A DNA stretch of 63,536 bases, filler included, from Aduncisulcus paluster (Eukaryota), in the NCBI GenBank assembly GCA_024181965.1. It is 8 parts of 8 records of this genome, joined end to end, with 100 filler letters (N's around TTAATTAATTAA, not from the genome) between each part and the next. Parts side by side here need not be neighbours in the genome. Positions count along the whole stretch, not along the records: positions 1 to 21,367 come from BQXS01011335.1; 7 more parts are not named here. One strand, given 5' to 3'. A model generated the notes under the pieces. It was not told the origin of the DNA. It saw only the letters and a list, made by a program, of their open reading frames with translations, and ran no database searches. The first letter of the stretch is position 1. Every line of letters begins with the position of its first letter. Shown in pieces: positions 1 to 11,500 of this stretch. The translations under genes were made by a program, and so were the position numbers.

Positions 1-2
1 AA

Positions 3-1871
3 ACCAACCTTGCAAAGCTCACTGCTCGTGCCGATAAACTTCAGAAGACTCTTTCCTCTCTTTCTGAGACCGATTTACTAGAGTCCCACACAAGGACTTC
101 CACTCAATTATCTCGCTTAACTAATGCTTTAGCCACATGTTCCTATGATATTGATGTGTGCAAAAAGAAGCTTTCCGATGCTGAATCGAGAAAAAAAGTA
201 GGTGAAAAGAACATGAAGGACGCCGAAGAGAAGAGAGACGAGTGTGAAAGTGAAGTCCAAGAGATCCAATCTGCTATTGAAAGACAAATGGTCGAATTGA
301 AGGTGAAGGAACGTGATTTCTTTAAATCTTCCTTCTTTGACTCGAGATCTATTCCTTTTCCATCGGTCAGATTTATTCAATATGGAAATACGGATTCCAC
401 TGAGGTTTCTCGTCTCGAAGGAAGAATTAAAGAATATTCAGAAAAAATAAGTGAACTCCACCGTGACATTGAGCGTTTATCCGAGAGAAAGAAAAAAGTT
501 CAAAATCAATTGGAGTCAGTGAACACATTGGTGGAAGAAGAAGAGGAGAAAGGAGCAAAATTCAGAAAAGAGAAAGAAGAGCTTGAGTCATCTGTAAATC
601 GTATAGAAAATGAACTCAGTGCAAGAAATGATGGAATGACGCTGTTAAATGAAAAAGAAACCCAGGAATTGGCAAAGAAAAGGATTCTTGATAAGGAAGA
701 AGGTGATGTAACGAGCAAAATAGCGAGAAACAAAGCCTCAATCGCTCTGTGTTTTGATACTAAGTTGGATATTCTTGAACAATGCAGATTGGCGAAGATA
801 AAGATTCCTATCTTCGAAAGAGACGAAGAAGAAGAGAAAGAAGAGGAGGATGATGAAGAGGAAGAAGAGGAAGAGGAAGAAGAAGAAGAAGAAGAGGAAG
901 AGGAAGAAGAGGAAAAGAAAGGGAGAAGATCGATGAGGTTGAGTGGAAGAAAAGGACGTAAAAGACATGCCAGAGTTGATAGGTTTGCTTCAAAACAGAT
1001 ATCTGGAAGAAAGAGAGGAAGAAAGAGGAAACCTGTCGTCAAACAACTTGATTTATCAAAAGCCTTTGGAAACATGAACCTCGTTAATCAAAAAAGAGAT
1101 GCACAATTAATTCTAGATGGCTATAAATTTGATTATTCAAATGTTGAGGATCTTGTTGTTGCCATTTCAGAAATTTCTAGACAATCTGTCAAAGGGATTG
1201 TAAATGGAATTGAAGAAGAAAGGAGACAAAAAATCGATGAATTGGAACATTTGACTCATCATCACGACGCTAAAAAACAAGTTCAAGAAACCACCAAATT
1301 ATACAAGGCAGAATGGAAAAAGCTCAAGAACTTACGCAAGGAGATTAAAGCTCAGGAAGTGGAACTTACCAACATCAAGAAGAAGCGAGAACGTTTATTC
1401 GGGAGTTGTGTCGAAACGGTTTCCAAGTTTTTCCATTCGATTTATCGTAGATTGACTGCTAACATCATGAGTGCGATGAGTGGTGGAAGTGCTCAACTTA
1501 GTGCAATTGAAGGCGAAGACGAGCATCAAATGCCCGATGTGGAATTGAATGTAATCCATCCACATGATTCATTTAGGGCGATTTCCGAACTGTCAGGGGG
1601 TCAACAGAGTATTGTCGGTTTGGCATTCTTATTCGCTCTATTTTCATACAAACCTGCACCGTTCCTTATTTTAGATGAAGTGGACGCTGCTCTGGATGCT
1701 GAGAATGTTTCTAAAATTGGATCATTCATTGAGAAACATCTCACAACCCAGTATATCGTTATTTCATTGAAGGATAAACTTTACAGGCGAGCACAACGCT
1801 TGATTGGAGTTTGTAAAAGACGTCAAGATGGAGACAAGGAAGGAAGTAAGATCTTTTTGTGTGATTTATAA
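3..1871 (+). CDS. SMC1: Structural maintenance of chromosomes protein 1 (cohesin subunit), C-terminal part; 5' truncated by window edge
   Basis: Frame open from position 3. Coiled coil, then C-terminal ATPase half: signature LSGGQQS, Walker B/D-loop PAPFLILDEVDAALD, QYIVISLK..Y..A..LIGV, and SMC1-like 'ILEQCRLAKIKIPI'. Confidence 0.88.
   Translation, partial: TNLAKLTARADKLQKTLSSLSETDLLESHTRTSTQLSRLTNALATCSYDIDVCKKKLSDAESRKKVGEKNMKDAEEKRDECESEVQEIQSAIERQMVELKVKERDFFKSSFFDSRSIPFPSVRFIQYGNTDSTEVSRLEGRIKEYSEKISELHRDIERLSERKKKVQNQLESVNTLVEEEEEKGAKFRKEKEELESSVNRIENELSARNDGMTLLNEKETQELAKKRILDKEEGDVTSKIARNKASIALCFDTKLDILEQCRLAKIKIPIFERDEEEEKEEEDDEEEEEEEEEEEEEEEEEEEEKKGRRSMRLSGRKGRKRHARVDRFASKQISGRKRGRKRKPVVKQLDLSKAFGNMNLVNQKRDAQLILDGYKFDYSNVEDLVVAISEISRQSVKGIVNGIEEERRQKIDELEHLTHHHDAKKQVQETTKLYKAEWKKLKNLRKEIKAQEVELTNIKKKRERLFGSCVETVSKFFHSIYRRLTANIMSAMSGGSAQLSAIEGEDEHQMPDVELNVIHPHDSFRAISELSGGQQSIVGLAFLFALFSYKPAPFLILDEVDAALDAENVSKIGSFIEKHLTTQYIVISLKDKLYRRAQRLIGVCKRRQDGDKEGSKIFLCDL
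820..915 (+). repeat. GAA/GAG low-complexity tract encoding poly-Glu inside SMC1
   Basis: Visible (GAR)n run giving DEEEEKEEEDDEEEE... Confidence 0.9.
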
Positions 1872-2369
1872 TCTTTTTTTTCTTCTTGACAATCCGTTAG
1901 ATAAATTTAGTCTAAATTTAGATATTTTCTCATCACTTGAAAGGAATGCAACACTTTTTATTTTCACGAAAAAAAATGACATTTTGCGATAGAAAGAGAT
2001 CTGGGATTTGGTCGTTGGGGACTTTGAGATAGTCGATCAACACAATCTTCAATGTATTCAATCGACTAATTGATGTCCACAGAAACCTTCGGGCTGGTAA
2101 ATTCGTATTAAAAGAATAAAATTAGATCTATCGAATATATATACATATAAGGTAATGATTTTGTTGATTGGTGAATTGATCGAAAAATTCAAACAGATCT
2201 AATCGATATTTTTATAATTCTTAAAATAACACCAAGATTCATTGGTTTTCAAATGATATAAATAAATATCAAACCAAATAGTTAATATTAGTCATCTTGA
2301 TGGATATTATTCAAGAAATGAAGAAGAAATCAATTAATGATAAAAATCAAACAAAACTTCCCATATTTT

Positions 2370-4153
2370 TCACCCTAGTTTCTTTTGAATAATTTTATAA
2401 TTCCAAAATAATCCTTCTTTCAAACTCCTAAACCAATCTTCATTTGGTTCTTTTCTGCATAATGTTGGAATTGGATACTTTGACATTCGAATAATCACAT
2501 AATCCCCAGGATAAAGAGTCTCGGGGCTACTCGAATCAAAGCTGCAAATACAAATTCCACGACAAGATTCATGAATTTGAATCTTCACTTCACAAGAATC
2601 GGGAAGAACCATCGGTCGAAAAGAGAGGGTGTGTGCGCATATGGGTGTCATACAAATGGCAGGAAGACCTGGGTGGACAACAGGACCGCCCGCAGACAAT
2701 GAATAAGCCGTGCTCCCGGTTGAAGTAGAGATAAGAAGACCATCTCCTTGGGCTGTGGTCAAGAAAGACCCGTCAACATAGACGTCGAGTGCAAGCATGG
2801 CGGAATCCGTTCGTCTGATCATTGTGACTTCATTCAACACACGAGATACAGTGCCTACAAGCTTTCCACTTTTTTGGAGCCAACACTCAAGCCTGGTTCT
2901 AAGGAGAATATATGGACTGGAACAAAAAACATGCTCAACAAGTTGTGTGGCACTCATTCCTTTGTATTTGCACCCAAATGGAGTAAGGAATCCTAAAGAT
3001 CCCGTATTCACAGGTAACAAGGGAGGACAGTGCTGTGGAAAATAGGAAGCGGCATAGAGAAGAGTTCCATCTCCACCGATTGTTACAACGAGATCGACGG
3101 CACCAACGCAGCCTTCACAATCACCGACATTCTCAACGGGTGCACACAACTCAATTTCAGATTCGAGACAACGCTTGGAATCATCAGGGGACTCTACTTC
3201 ACTCGAGGGAGGGGATTTCATCATATGGGCTTCTGGTGAATGGGGAGGAACGTGGCCACATAATTGCTCCCATTGATGTTGTTTCTTGGTCTCAGTTGAC
3301 TTAGAATCGATGCTAGAATCACCACAATGGGGTTTGTCAAGGCCGGCCGCTTTCCTTTTTTCCATGCGTTCGTAGTATTCATTATTTAGATCTTTTGCGC
3401 AAAGCTCATCGCAAACAATGCGCAATCCGCGTTTTCTGAATAGTGATATGAGTTCCTTTGCAACTATGGTACTATCGGGGCATCGAGGCTTTCGACAAAT
3501 GAAAACGCATTGAGGACGAGTTTCCCAAACCAGCCTCGTCAACCTGGAGGTTTGAAAGGTAGTAATTCCTTCAACAACTTTAGATCTTTTCACATCCTTG
3601 CGATTTTCACCTCCGAGCATACGAATAAGGGAAACCTCAGCTTTTTTTGATGAAGTCGTGCTTATCGGACTTCCTTCAACCAAAAGATCCTTCCGAACCT
3701 TGGGCACCTCTTCACTTGGCTCCTTTGTAAATACCTTACTATCGATAATATCAGAATACTCTTCATCAACAATATCATCGGGATGATAGACGGGTTTAGG
3801 AACAATATCTTCTTCATGGGAGAGAGACGAACTGATCTCCTCATCCATGTGAATGGGATTCATATATACCTGAAGATCTTGAGCACTAATGGTCTTGATA
3901 ACAGTGTCAGGTTTAGGCTCAATATGCTCTTCAAATGATGTTGCCGCATGGCGACTAATAATAAGATCTGCATCACGATCACACAAAGAAAGCTTCGATT
4001 TTTTCCTTTTTGTTCTTGCAGAATGTCTAGGAGGGAGCTTTTCACCGTTATCTGATAAAATAAAAAGGGTTTGGATTTGAATATATGTGAACAAAGTGAA
4101 AACGATTATAAAAGAAAAAAAATAAAAAAGAATATAAACATACCTTCTTTCAT
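2370..4153 (-). CDS. NADK: NAD kinase; predicted exons 4153-4144 and 4051-2370 (92-nt intron)
   Basis: Motifs VVTIGGDGTLL, GSLGFLTPF, VLNEV, GDGLLISTSTGSTAYSLSAGG, TPICAHTLSFRP. ATGAAAGAAG|GTATGT...TTTATCAG|AT restores the frame (MKEDNGEK...) and removes the spurious hydrophobic N-terminus. Confidence 0.93.
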
Positions 4154-5354
4154 TTTGTGTCAAGATCCTTTTTTTTCTCATGAGTTTCGTAACAAATATG
4201 AGAAGGGTTTTGTGGCGAATTTTATTTTTAAAATTTAATGTATATTCAATATATTACAAAAAATTCAAGGGAAAACCTCATGAAAACACCTCAACACGAA
4301 ATCATACGTTCTGAATGATATAATAGAGAATTCAATATATATCCACAAATTTATTTTTTATTTTGTTAGTATTGGTATATTTTAAGTCCTTTTAATACTA
4401 ATAATCCATTCAAGTAATGCTTCGATTTTTTCCTTTTTGTTCTTGCAGAATGTCTAGGAGGGAGCTTTTCACCGTTATCTGATAAAATAAAAAGGGTTTG
4501 GATTTGAATATATGTGAACAAAGTGAAAACGATTATAAAAGAAAAAAAATAAAAAAGAATATAAACATACCTTCTTTCATTTTGTGTCAAGATCCTTTTT
4601 TTTCTCATGAGTTTCGTAACAAATATGAGAAGGGTTTTGTGGCGAATTTTATTTTTAAAATTTAATGTATATTCAATATATTACAAAAAATTCAAGGGAA
4701 AACCTCATGAAAACACCTCAACACGAAATCATACGTTCTGAATGATATAATAGAGAATTCAATATATATCCACAAATTTATTTTTTATTTTGTTAGTATT
4801 GGTATATTTTAAGTCCTTTTAATACTAATAATCCATTCAAGTAATGTTTTCGATTTTTTTCCAAACTACTGTTTTCTCGTCAAAGGATTCGATTTTTTCC
4901 TTTTTGTTCTTGCAGAATGTCTAGGAGGGAGCTTTTCACCGTTATCTGATAAAATAAAAAGGGTTTGGATTTGAATATATGTGAACAAAGTGAAAACGAT
5001 TATAAAAGAAAAAAAATAAAAAAGAATATAAACATACCTTCTTTCATTTTGTGTCAAGATCCTTTTTTTTCTCATGAGTTTCGTAACAAATATGAGAAGG
5101 GTTTTGTGGCGAATTTTATTTTTAAAATTTAATGTATATTCAATATATTACAAAAAATTCAAGGGAAAACCTCATGAAAACACCTCAACACGAAATCATA
5201 CGTTCTGAATGATATAATAGAGAATTCAATATATATCCACAAATTTATTTTTTATTTTGTTAGTATTGGTATATTTTAAGTCCTTTTAATACTAATAATC
5301 CATTCAAGTAATGTTTTCGATTTTTTTCCAAACTACTGTTTTCTCGTCAAAGGA
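3992..5354. repeat. Direct tandem triplication (units 427 and 467 bp) of the NADK 5' end plus the divergent promoter
   Basis: Copies start near 3992, 4419 and 4888 with TTCGATTTTTTCC and appear identical. They generate the duplicate ORFs 4366..4608 and 4866..5075. Confidence 0.9.
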
Positions 5355-5356
5355 CA

Positions 5357-7006
5357 ATGGATTTTATATTAAAGATTGGATTTATTGTTTTTATCCTTCT
5401 TTCCATCTCCCTAGCCTCTGCTGATTCTATTTCAGTAGGTGCTTTGTATGATAGTGACACTTCAACTTATTCAGTCGTTTCAAAAACCGAGTGTGATTTG
5501 AACCCACGTAAATGTGTTGCTACTGGAACTTTTGATGATTCTCTGATGTCAACTGGATGGAATACCGCCATTACAACTACTAAAGGACTTTTTGGAGATT
5601 CTCAGCAAGGATATGCCCTTGGACTCATTGAGGCTTATGCTTGGCCAGAGAGAATCGGTCAGCACAGTAGACACACAAAATCTGCCATGTTGACGTACTT
5701 CTGTCCCATTCCTGACTTAACCGAATATCCTGATGAAATCCTTGATTTCGCCCATGGAATGATCGATTATATTGAGTATAAAATATCCCTTGAGCCATAT
5801 GACGAGTATTGGAGTACTGTTTCAGCCTTTTACAACTACATGAAAGGTCTTCAGTATGGTCTTGATCTTTATGCCTCCAACGAGGAAGACAAGTTGTCAT
5901 TTGATGATGTTTTCATGCTCAACATGGTTCCTGATCTGTGCGATCTCTTCCCTGCCCTTTTGAGAGACCCTGACTTCGACTGGCATGACCTTACCTACAA
6001 TGAAGTCAAATACATGAAGGATGTCAATGGTCACTGTTCTGCTTATCTCGTTGCCAATGATGACTGGTCTGATATCTTCTTCTCTCACAATACTTGGATT
6101 GTCTACAACTTTGCTACCCGCGTTCTCAGAGATTCTGCCATGTCTCTCGCAAATGCCTATTCTCACGTCAAATACTCCTCATATCCCGGTTGTTTTGCTT
6201 CAACCGATGATTTTTATGTCGATTTGGCCTCTAAGATGATGATATTCGAGACCACTTTCAACACTTTTGATCTTGATGCCTACGACAATTTAACAACCCA
6301 ATCTCTTCCCTTCAGCCTTAGAATCATGTCCACCATTGCTCTTTCTGATAATGGACAGACATTTATTCAACAATTTAGCAAGGAGAATTCTGGAACTTAC
6401 AACAGTGGTTTCTCTGTGCTGGATGCCAAGAAGATAACGCCTGGAACTGTGCCTACAGCTGCTTATACTTTCACTCAGATCGAACAAACCCCATATCAGG
6501 TTGAAGGTCGTGATTACACAACCACTTTCACCAACCAAGGTTATTTCTACTCTGTAAATATCCCCACAATGGATGACGTTTACACTCAGCTCGGATATGA
6601 TTACGAGGCCCAGCTTTATGGTGACGATTGGGTCTACGATGAGTGTCCAAGAGCTCACATATTCAAGCGTGATCTGCCCAACGTGAATGTCCTCGACGAT
6701 GCCAAGCACGTCACTCGTTATAATGATTATTTGAATGATGAATTTTCTGAAGGTGATCCCGCCAACGCCATTGCCTCAAGGGAGGATCTTCGTGATGCAG
6801 ATGCTGGTCAAATGCCTATGGGAGCCATTGATGGAAAGATCACCTCCCTCCAGATGATCAATGAAAGTACAGATCACATGGTTGCCATCTCTGGACCCAC
6901 TTATGACCAACAACCTGTGTTCTGCTGGTCAACTTACCCTGGAGAAATCCTTGTTGATCATTCAAACCAATCTGATTGCTACCAATTCGATTGGATTGAT
7001 TTCTAG
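5357..7006 (+). CDS. Phospholipase B-like (PLBD/laminin A family, Ntn hydrolase), secreted or lysosomal
   Basis: Signal peptide. Motifs GHCSAY (catalytic Cys), FFSHNTW, SSYPG...STDDFY, ETT, NSGTYN, RYNDY, GAIDGKIT, AISGPT. Confidence 0.93.
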   Translation: MDFILKIGFIVFILLSISLASADSISVGALYDSDTSTYSVVSKTECDLNPRKCVATGTFDDSLMSTGWNTAITTTKGLFGDSQQGYALGLIEAYAWPERIGQHSRHTKSAMLTYFCPIPDLTEYPDEILDFAHGMIDYIEYKISLEPYDEYWSTVSAFYNYMKGLQYGLDLYASNEEDKLSFDDVFMLNMVPDLCDLFPALLRDPDFDWHDLTYNEVKYMKDVNGHCSAYLVANDDWSDIFFSHNTWIVYNFATRVLRDSAMSLANAYSHVKYSSYPGCFASTDDFYVDLASKMMIFETTFNTFDLDAYDNLTTQSLPFSLRIMSTIALSDNGQTFIQQFSKENSGTYNSGFSVLDAKKITPGTVPTAAYTFTQIEQTPYQVEGRDYTTTFTNQGYFYSVNIPTMDDVYTQLGYDYEAQLYGDDWVYDECPRAHIFKRDLPNVNVLDDAKHVTRYNDYLNDEFSEGDPANAIASREDLRDADAGQMPMGAIDGKITSLQMINESTDHMVAISGPTYDQQPVFCWSTYPGEILVDHSNQSDCYQFDWIDF

Positions 7007-7379
7007 GTTGATTTGTTTAGATTTCTTCGTTATTTTTTCTCGTGACCCATCAGTTATCGTTCTTTAACAGATATTGTCTCTTTATCTTTTTTATTGATGA
7101 GTTATTATGAAAATAATTCCAAATTATCCATGTTTCGGATGTATTTATACTTTCAGGAGCTTCCTCCGTCTCATGGACCAATTATTCAATCTTTCTTGGA
7201 GAAATAAATTTGAAAATGATGTTATTTTTGTATTATTTAAATTTCACGGAGCTATTAATATCGTAATTTTCACCCACCAGATAAAATGGCAAAAAACAGG
7301 CTCAACCAAAGGGTTTATTAATGGAGTTCAATAAATTAATCCAAAGAACAGAGAAGAGTGAAATTCAATCTCAGGTAGG

Positions 7380-7832
7380 TTACTTGGTCATCTTTTCATA
7401 GGTCTCTTTGGCCTTGTCAGCAACATCTTCAGCAATATCCATAGCTTTTTCAGTGGCTTCAGCGGCAAGTTTCTTTCCTTCCTTGATTCCTTTGTCAATT
7501 TTCTTCTCGTGATGAGCAAGGAAAGGCTCAATAAAGTCGCGGAAGATTCTCTCGGGAAGGTTCAAGTAAGGGATCTGAAGAGCAAATAAGAAAGCGGTAC
7601 GGCAGATGATGTACAAAATACTGTTGATGGAGATGAGGAAGTTAACAAAGAATTCAAGAACACGAAGACAACCAAAAACAACCCAGAAGAACATGGAGTT
7701 GAGATCATCACCCTGAGCAGGACTTCTGATAGCCTTGAAAGAAGTATAAACGGGGAGGATCAAGGTAATGGTGTTAGAGAAGACGGGGGCCCACTCAATG
7801 ATGAAAGATTTGATGATGGAGATTTCGACCAT
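7380..7832 (-). CDS. YOP1: TB2/DP1/HVA22 (REEP5/Yop1) ER-shaping protein; likely start MVEISII at 7832, with a 77-nt 5'-UTR intron at 7835-7911
   Basis: LPVYTSFKAIRSP..DD...FFWVVFG...E and 'IFRDFIEPFL..HEKKID' are typical of the family. GTATGT donor at 7911 and CGTAG acceptor at 7835. Confidence 0.85.
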   Translation of the reverse strand: MVEISIIKSFIIEWAPVFSNTITLILPVYTSFKAIRSPAQGDDLNSMFFWVVFGCLRVLEFFVNFLISINSILYIICRTAFLFALQIPYLNLPERIFRDFIEPFLAHHEKKIDKGIKEGKKLAAEATEKAMDIAEDVADKAKETYEKMTK

Positions 7833-8373
7833 AGCTACGAAAAAAAAATTAAGAATTAGAAGTTGAAAGAAAATCAAAGGGTAAAAATTTTCAAGATTTT
7901 TATATACATACCAATAAATTAGTTTACAATGCAACCAAAATATGGTGTTGGCTTTGACATCGGATTTCCACCACAAAACATGAGTTTGCCATAATTAATA
8001 CATATTATACAGGTCATAATGTACATTTAATATGTTTTCAGTTTTTTTTTCTGCTACTTCATTTCCTGAAGAACTTTACAAGTCACTTACTTCTGATTTG
8101 AAATCCACAGGGTCCATCGGTAATTTGTATAAAACACAATGAATTTTGCATGAATACAAGAGATATATAATTGCAAGGATTATTTTACTTCGAAATATTG
8201 TCTTTTCATATTCTTTTTCGTGATGTAGCAAATCCTAACTCTGGAGCTTGCAAGCCTTACAGAACTCGTCGAAGGCCTGGAGCAATAAATTGTAAGACAG
8301 AAGACTCGGAAGTTGGCTGAATTATAACAGTGAAGGATGATGTCCCATATGCCACTTAGTTTTCTTAAAAATG

Positions 8374-8445
8374 GGGGCGCGCCGGGATTTGAACCCGGGA
8401 CCTCTTCTACCCTAAAGAAGAATCATACCCCTAGACCACGCGCCC
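8374..8445 (-). tRNA. tRNA-Pro (anticodon AGG)
   Basis: Minus strand GGGCGCGTGGTCTAGGGGTATGATTCTTCTTTAGGGTAGAAGAGGTCCCGGGTTCAAATCCCGGCGCGCCCC: 7-bp acceptor stem, CTTCT/AGAAG anticodon stem, TTCAAAT T-loop, followed by a T5 Pol III terminator. Confidence 0.97.
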
Positions 8446-8594
8446 TACAATTATAAAATTTTTATTAATTTATCAATACAGTTTTTTGCAAAAACAATTG
8501 TTTTTCCTCCTAGCTCACCTATTTTAAAATCTAGATTAATATTACCCAATAATAAAAAGGTTGTATTGGGTTTACTATTCATGTATATCATCAA

Positions 8595-11500
8595 CTACTT
8601 ATGATCATTTGATGACTTTGTCTCGGTGCTTTGAGGAGACAAATCCAAAAGAATGGAAGAAATAGACAAAGAAGCAGTTGATGAAAGAATTCCAGCACCA
8701 ATTTGAGGAATAACCGAAAGTTTCTTGGTAGTGCTTGATATTGGAGCAAAACTTTCATCGAATGAATATGAACCTTTAATCTTTCTTATCGTCGTTGCAA
8801 ATGATTTTATCGTTCCAGAAGATGAAATACTCGAAAAGTGATAAGGACATAGATCTCCATTAATGGCAAAAATGGAGAGTAATTCCGATTGAATTCCTTT
8901 TTCCTTTTCAAGAGCTTCCTCAATTTCTGCCTCAACTATTATTCGTTTTGAAATTAATATGTTCCTTACAAAACGAAGTAATTTTGTTAATTTAGCGTTT
9001 CTAAAAGATTCAAATGCGGACAATTTGAGCAAAAACATGATTTTCGTTGAATTGTCAATATCAAACTTGTTATCGTGCAAAAATAACATAATATACAGAA
9101 TACTTCGGATAAGAATTTCAATTACTCCAAGATTTTGGGAATGAGCTAGCTCTTTAACAAAGTTTTCGACCAAAAACAGTGAATAACTAATTGCAATTGG
9201 TTGGAAAAAAGCATTGGATTTCTTCTTCATTCTTCTTGCTGTTTTGTAACTTTCAATTAAAATCTCCAAATTTCCACTAAATTCAATCATTGTCATTGTT
9301 TCGAGGAGATGTGAAATAGACGCATCTCTTTTGAAAATATCATCAATTTCATCAAAAGATGTTTTCATAACGAAAGAAAGGTGAGAAAAGGTACTTGAAG
9401 CCGCTTTTCTAACAGAAACAGATCCACTTTCAGTGGCAAAATAATACAAAATCTGTTTTAAGTGGGAAATGATATCCAGAGTGGCAATTGATTGTGGATT
9501 TTGAGTTGAGAGGGGAAGTTCTCCAGGAAGAGAAAAAACATCTGGTAGATAGGTTTCAATAATATTCCTTTTCTTCAATGATTCACAAAAGAAAGCATCA
9601 ATTATCGATAATCTTGCTAGAATTTTATCCCGAAGAAAAATAATTGAGAAAGCATGAGATTCATCTCCAGAAATTTCACTATTTTGAGAAACAGAACTAT
9701 GTTGAGATTGAATAGTATCATCAAGTTTTGGGCTTCTAGACTGGGTTTTTGATGGATGAAATATATTCTGTTCAGCAATTGTTCTCCTCAAATCTTGCAT
9801 TGTTGGTCGTTCAATGGATTGAGGAGTAGCTGGAACAATTGATAGCAATTGTTTGTTTGTCGAGGAGATAATAAAATCACTTGGACCTGGATAGGGGTGT
9901 TCGCTTTTGGGTTTGCGAAGAGCAGTGATAAACGCCGAAACGATAACATTCATGTCTTCTTGAGAGGAAACAAATTCATTCAACACAATTCCAATAATCC
10001 GAGCTTGACAATATGAGGGATTTGACAAATCCTTTGAAAACCGAATAAGGATGGAAATCACTACCTTTCTATCAATTTTGGTAAATAAAACCCCCTTTTT
10101 CAATTCACAAAGCAAACATAATATTTTGACCACAACTTTTGGAGATTCAAACTCCAATCTCCTTGAAATATAATCAAGAATGTGTGAAAGAAGATATTTG
10201 ATTGGGAACAAATCATAAAGACAGGATTCGTTGAGATATATGAAACATTGATTCATACAACGAAGAACCATAAGCTTTAATTGATCAGAATAATATTTCG
10301 GTCTTCTTGTATTGAAACTAAATACCATCTTACAATTATCAATGAACCAAAAAATTTGTTTTTGTATCAACACAGAAATGCAAAAGGTGTGTGGATGGTT
10401 AATCCATTTTGCATGAAGAGAGAAAAGAAAAGAATTGAAGTTCTGGAAATATATCATCATCATTGGTTGGAATATTAAGGTTTGAAGATATGAGAAAAAA
10501 ATCTTTCGAAAGAAATGCTCGATTTGCCAAAATTGAAACCGAGAAGCGAAGAAACCAACCTTCAAAAGGGGCAATATCGAATTGGAGATGAAATAAATTG
10601 AAAATATTTTTGGACAAACTGAGATTAGACAATTTAAGCAGGAAAATATGCATTCAATCCGGAAATAATCAAAAGGTTTCGAAATATATGTCTTATTCCT
10701 GGAAGCTAAATTATTTTGAATCGATTTAGATATTTTGGATATGGATTCTCTCATTTTTGCCATAAATTTCCAACTAGGATGGTTTTGAATGATATTCCAT
10801 AATAATTGAAGAGATATAGTATTTGTCAAAATCGATTTTTTCCCTTTGACATGTTTGAAAGCGATGGATTCAATTAAAGACTCCATAAATGGTGATATTT
10901 CTTCGCTGGGAATAGCATGAAGTGTTACCAAATACTCAACAATTTCACGGCCAAAATGACTGAGTCTTTGAGTCTTATAAAAATACATTTTCAATAGTTT
11001 TTGCTTGAGATTGGGAACAGCTTTACAACATTGAGAAATGACATCTTTCAAGGGATGCCTTCCCTTTTGTACAAGATCAAGAACATATCGAATCAGGGTT
11101 TCAAAAACAGATTCATCAACTTGAGAAATGTTGAGAAGAACGGATGTTAATGGAATAAAAGAAATGTGGGAACATTCTTCATAAGTCTGGACAACAATTT
11201 TCATGAAGGAATTTATGAAATAATCAGTTGGAACCTTTGACACAAGAGCCTGACATTCTGACGAAAATGAGATCAAAAATAGATACCAATACCACTCACA
11301 AGACATATTCAGAGCGAATTTAAAGATAACTTTGCATAATTCAAATTTTCTTCCACCCTCATTTATGTTGTTTTCTAACCATTGATCAAACTCAAAGTGA
11401 TGCATTCTAAACATTTGCAAGAAATTGTCTTTCGTTATTTTGTTGAAGGTTTGATGAGGGAATGAGGGTGATGTAGAAAAGGGAATAACATGATAACATT

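Noticed and set aside
506-1075. Antisense poly-Ser/Phe ORFs (also opposite the other Glu/Lys-rich genes)
   Set aside because: Shadow frames of GAA-rich coding sequence.
4366-5075. Two short ORFs 'MRKKRILTQ...' with an apparent TM helix
   Set aside because: Copies of the NADK 5' region; the hydrophobic stretch is translated intron.
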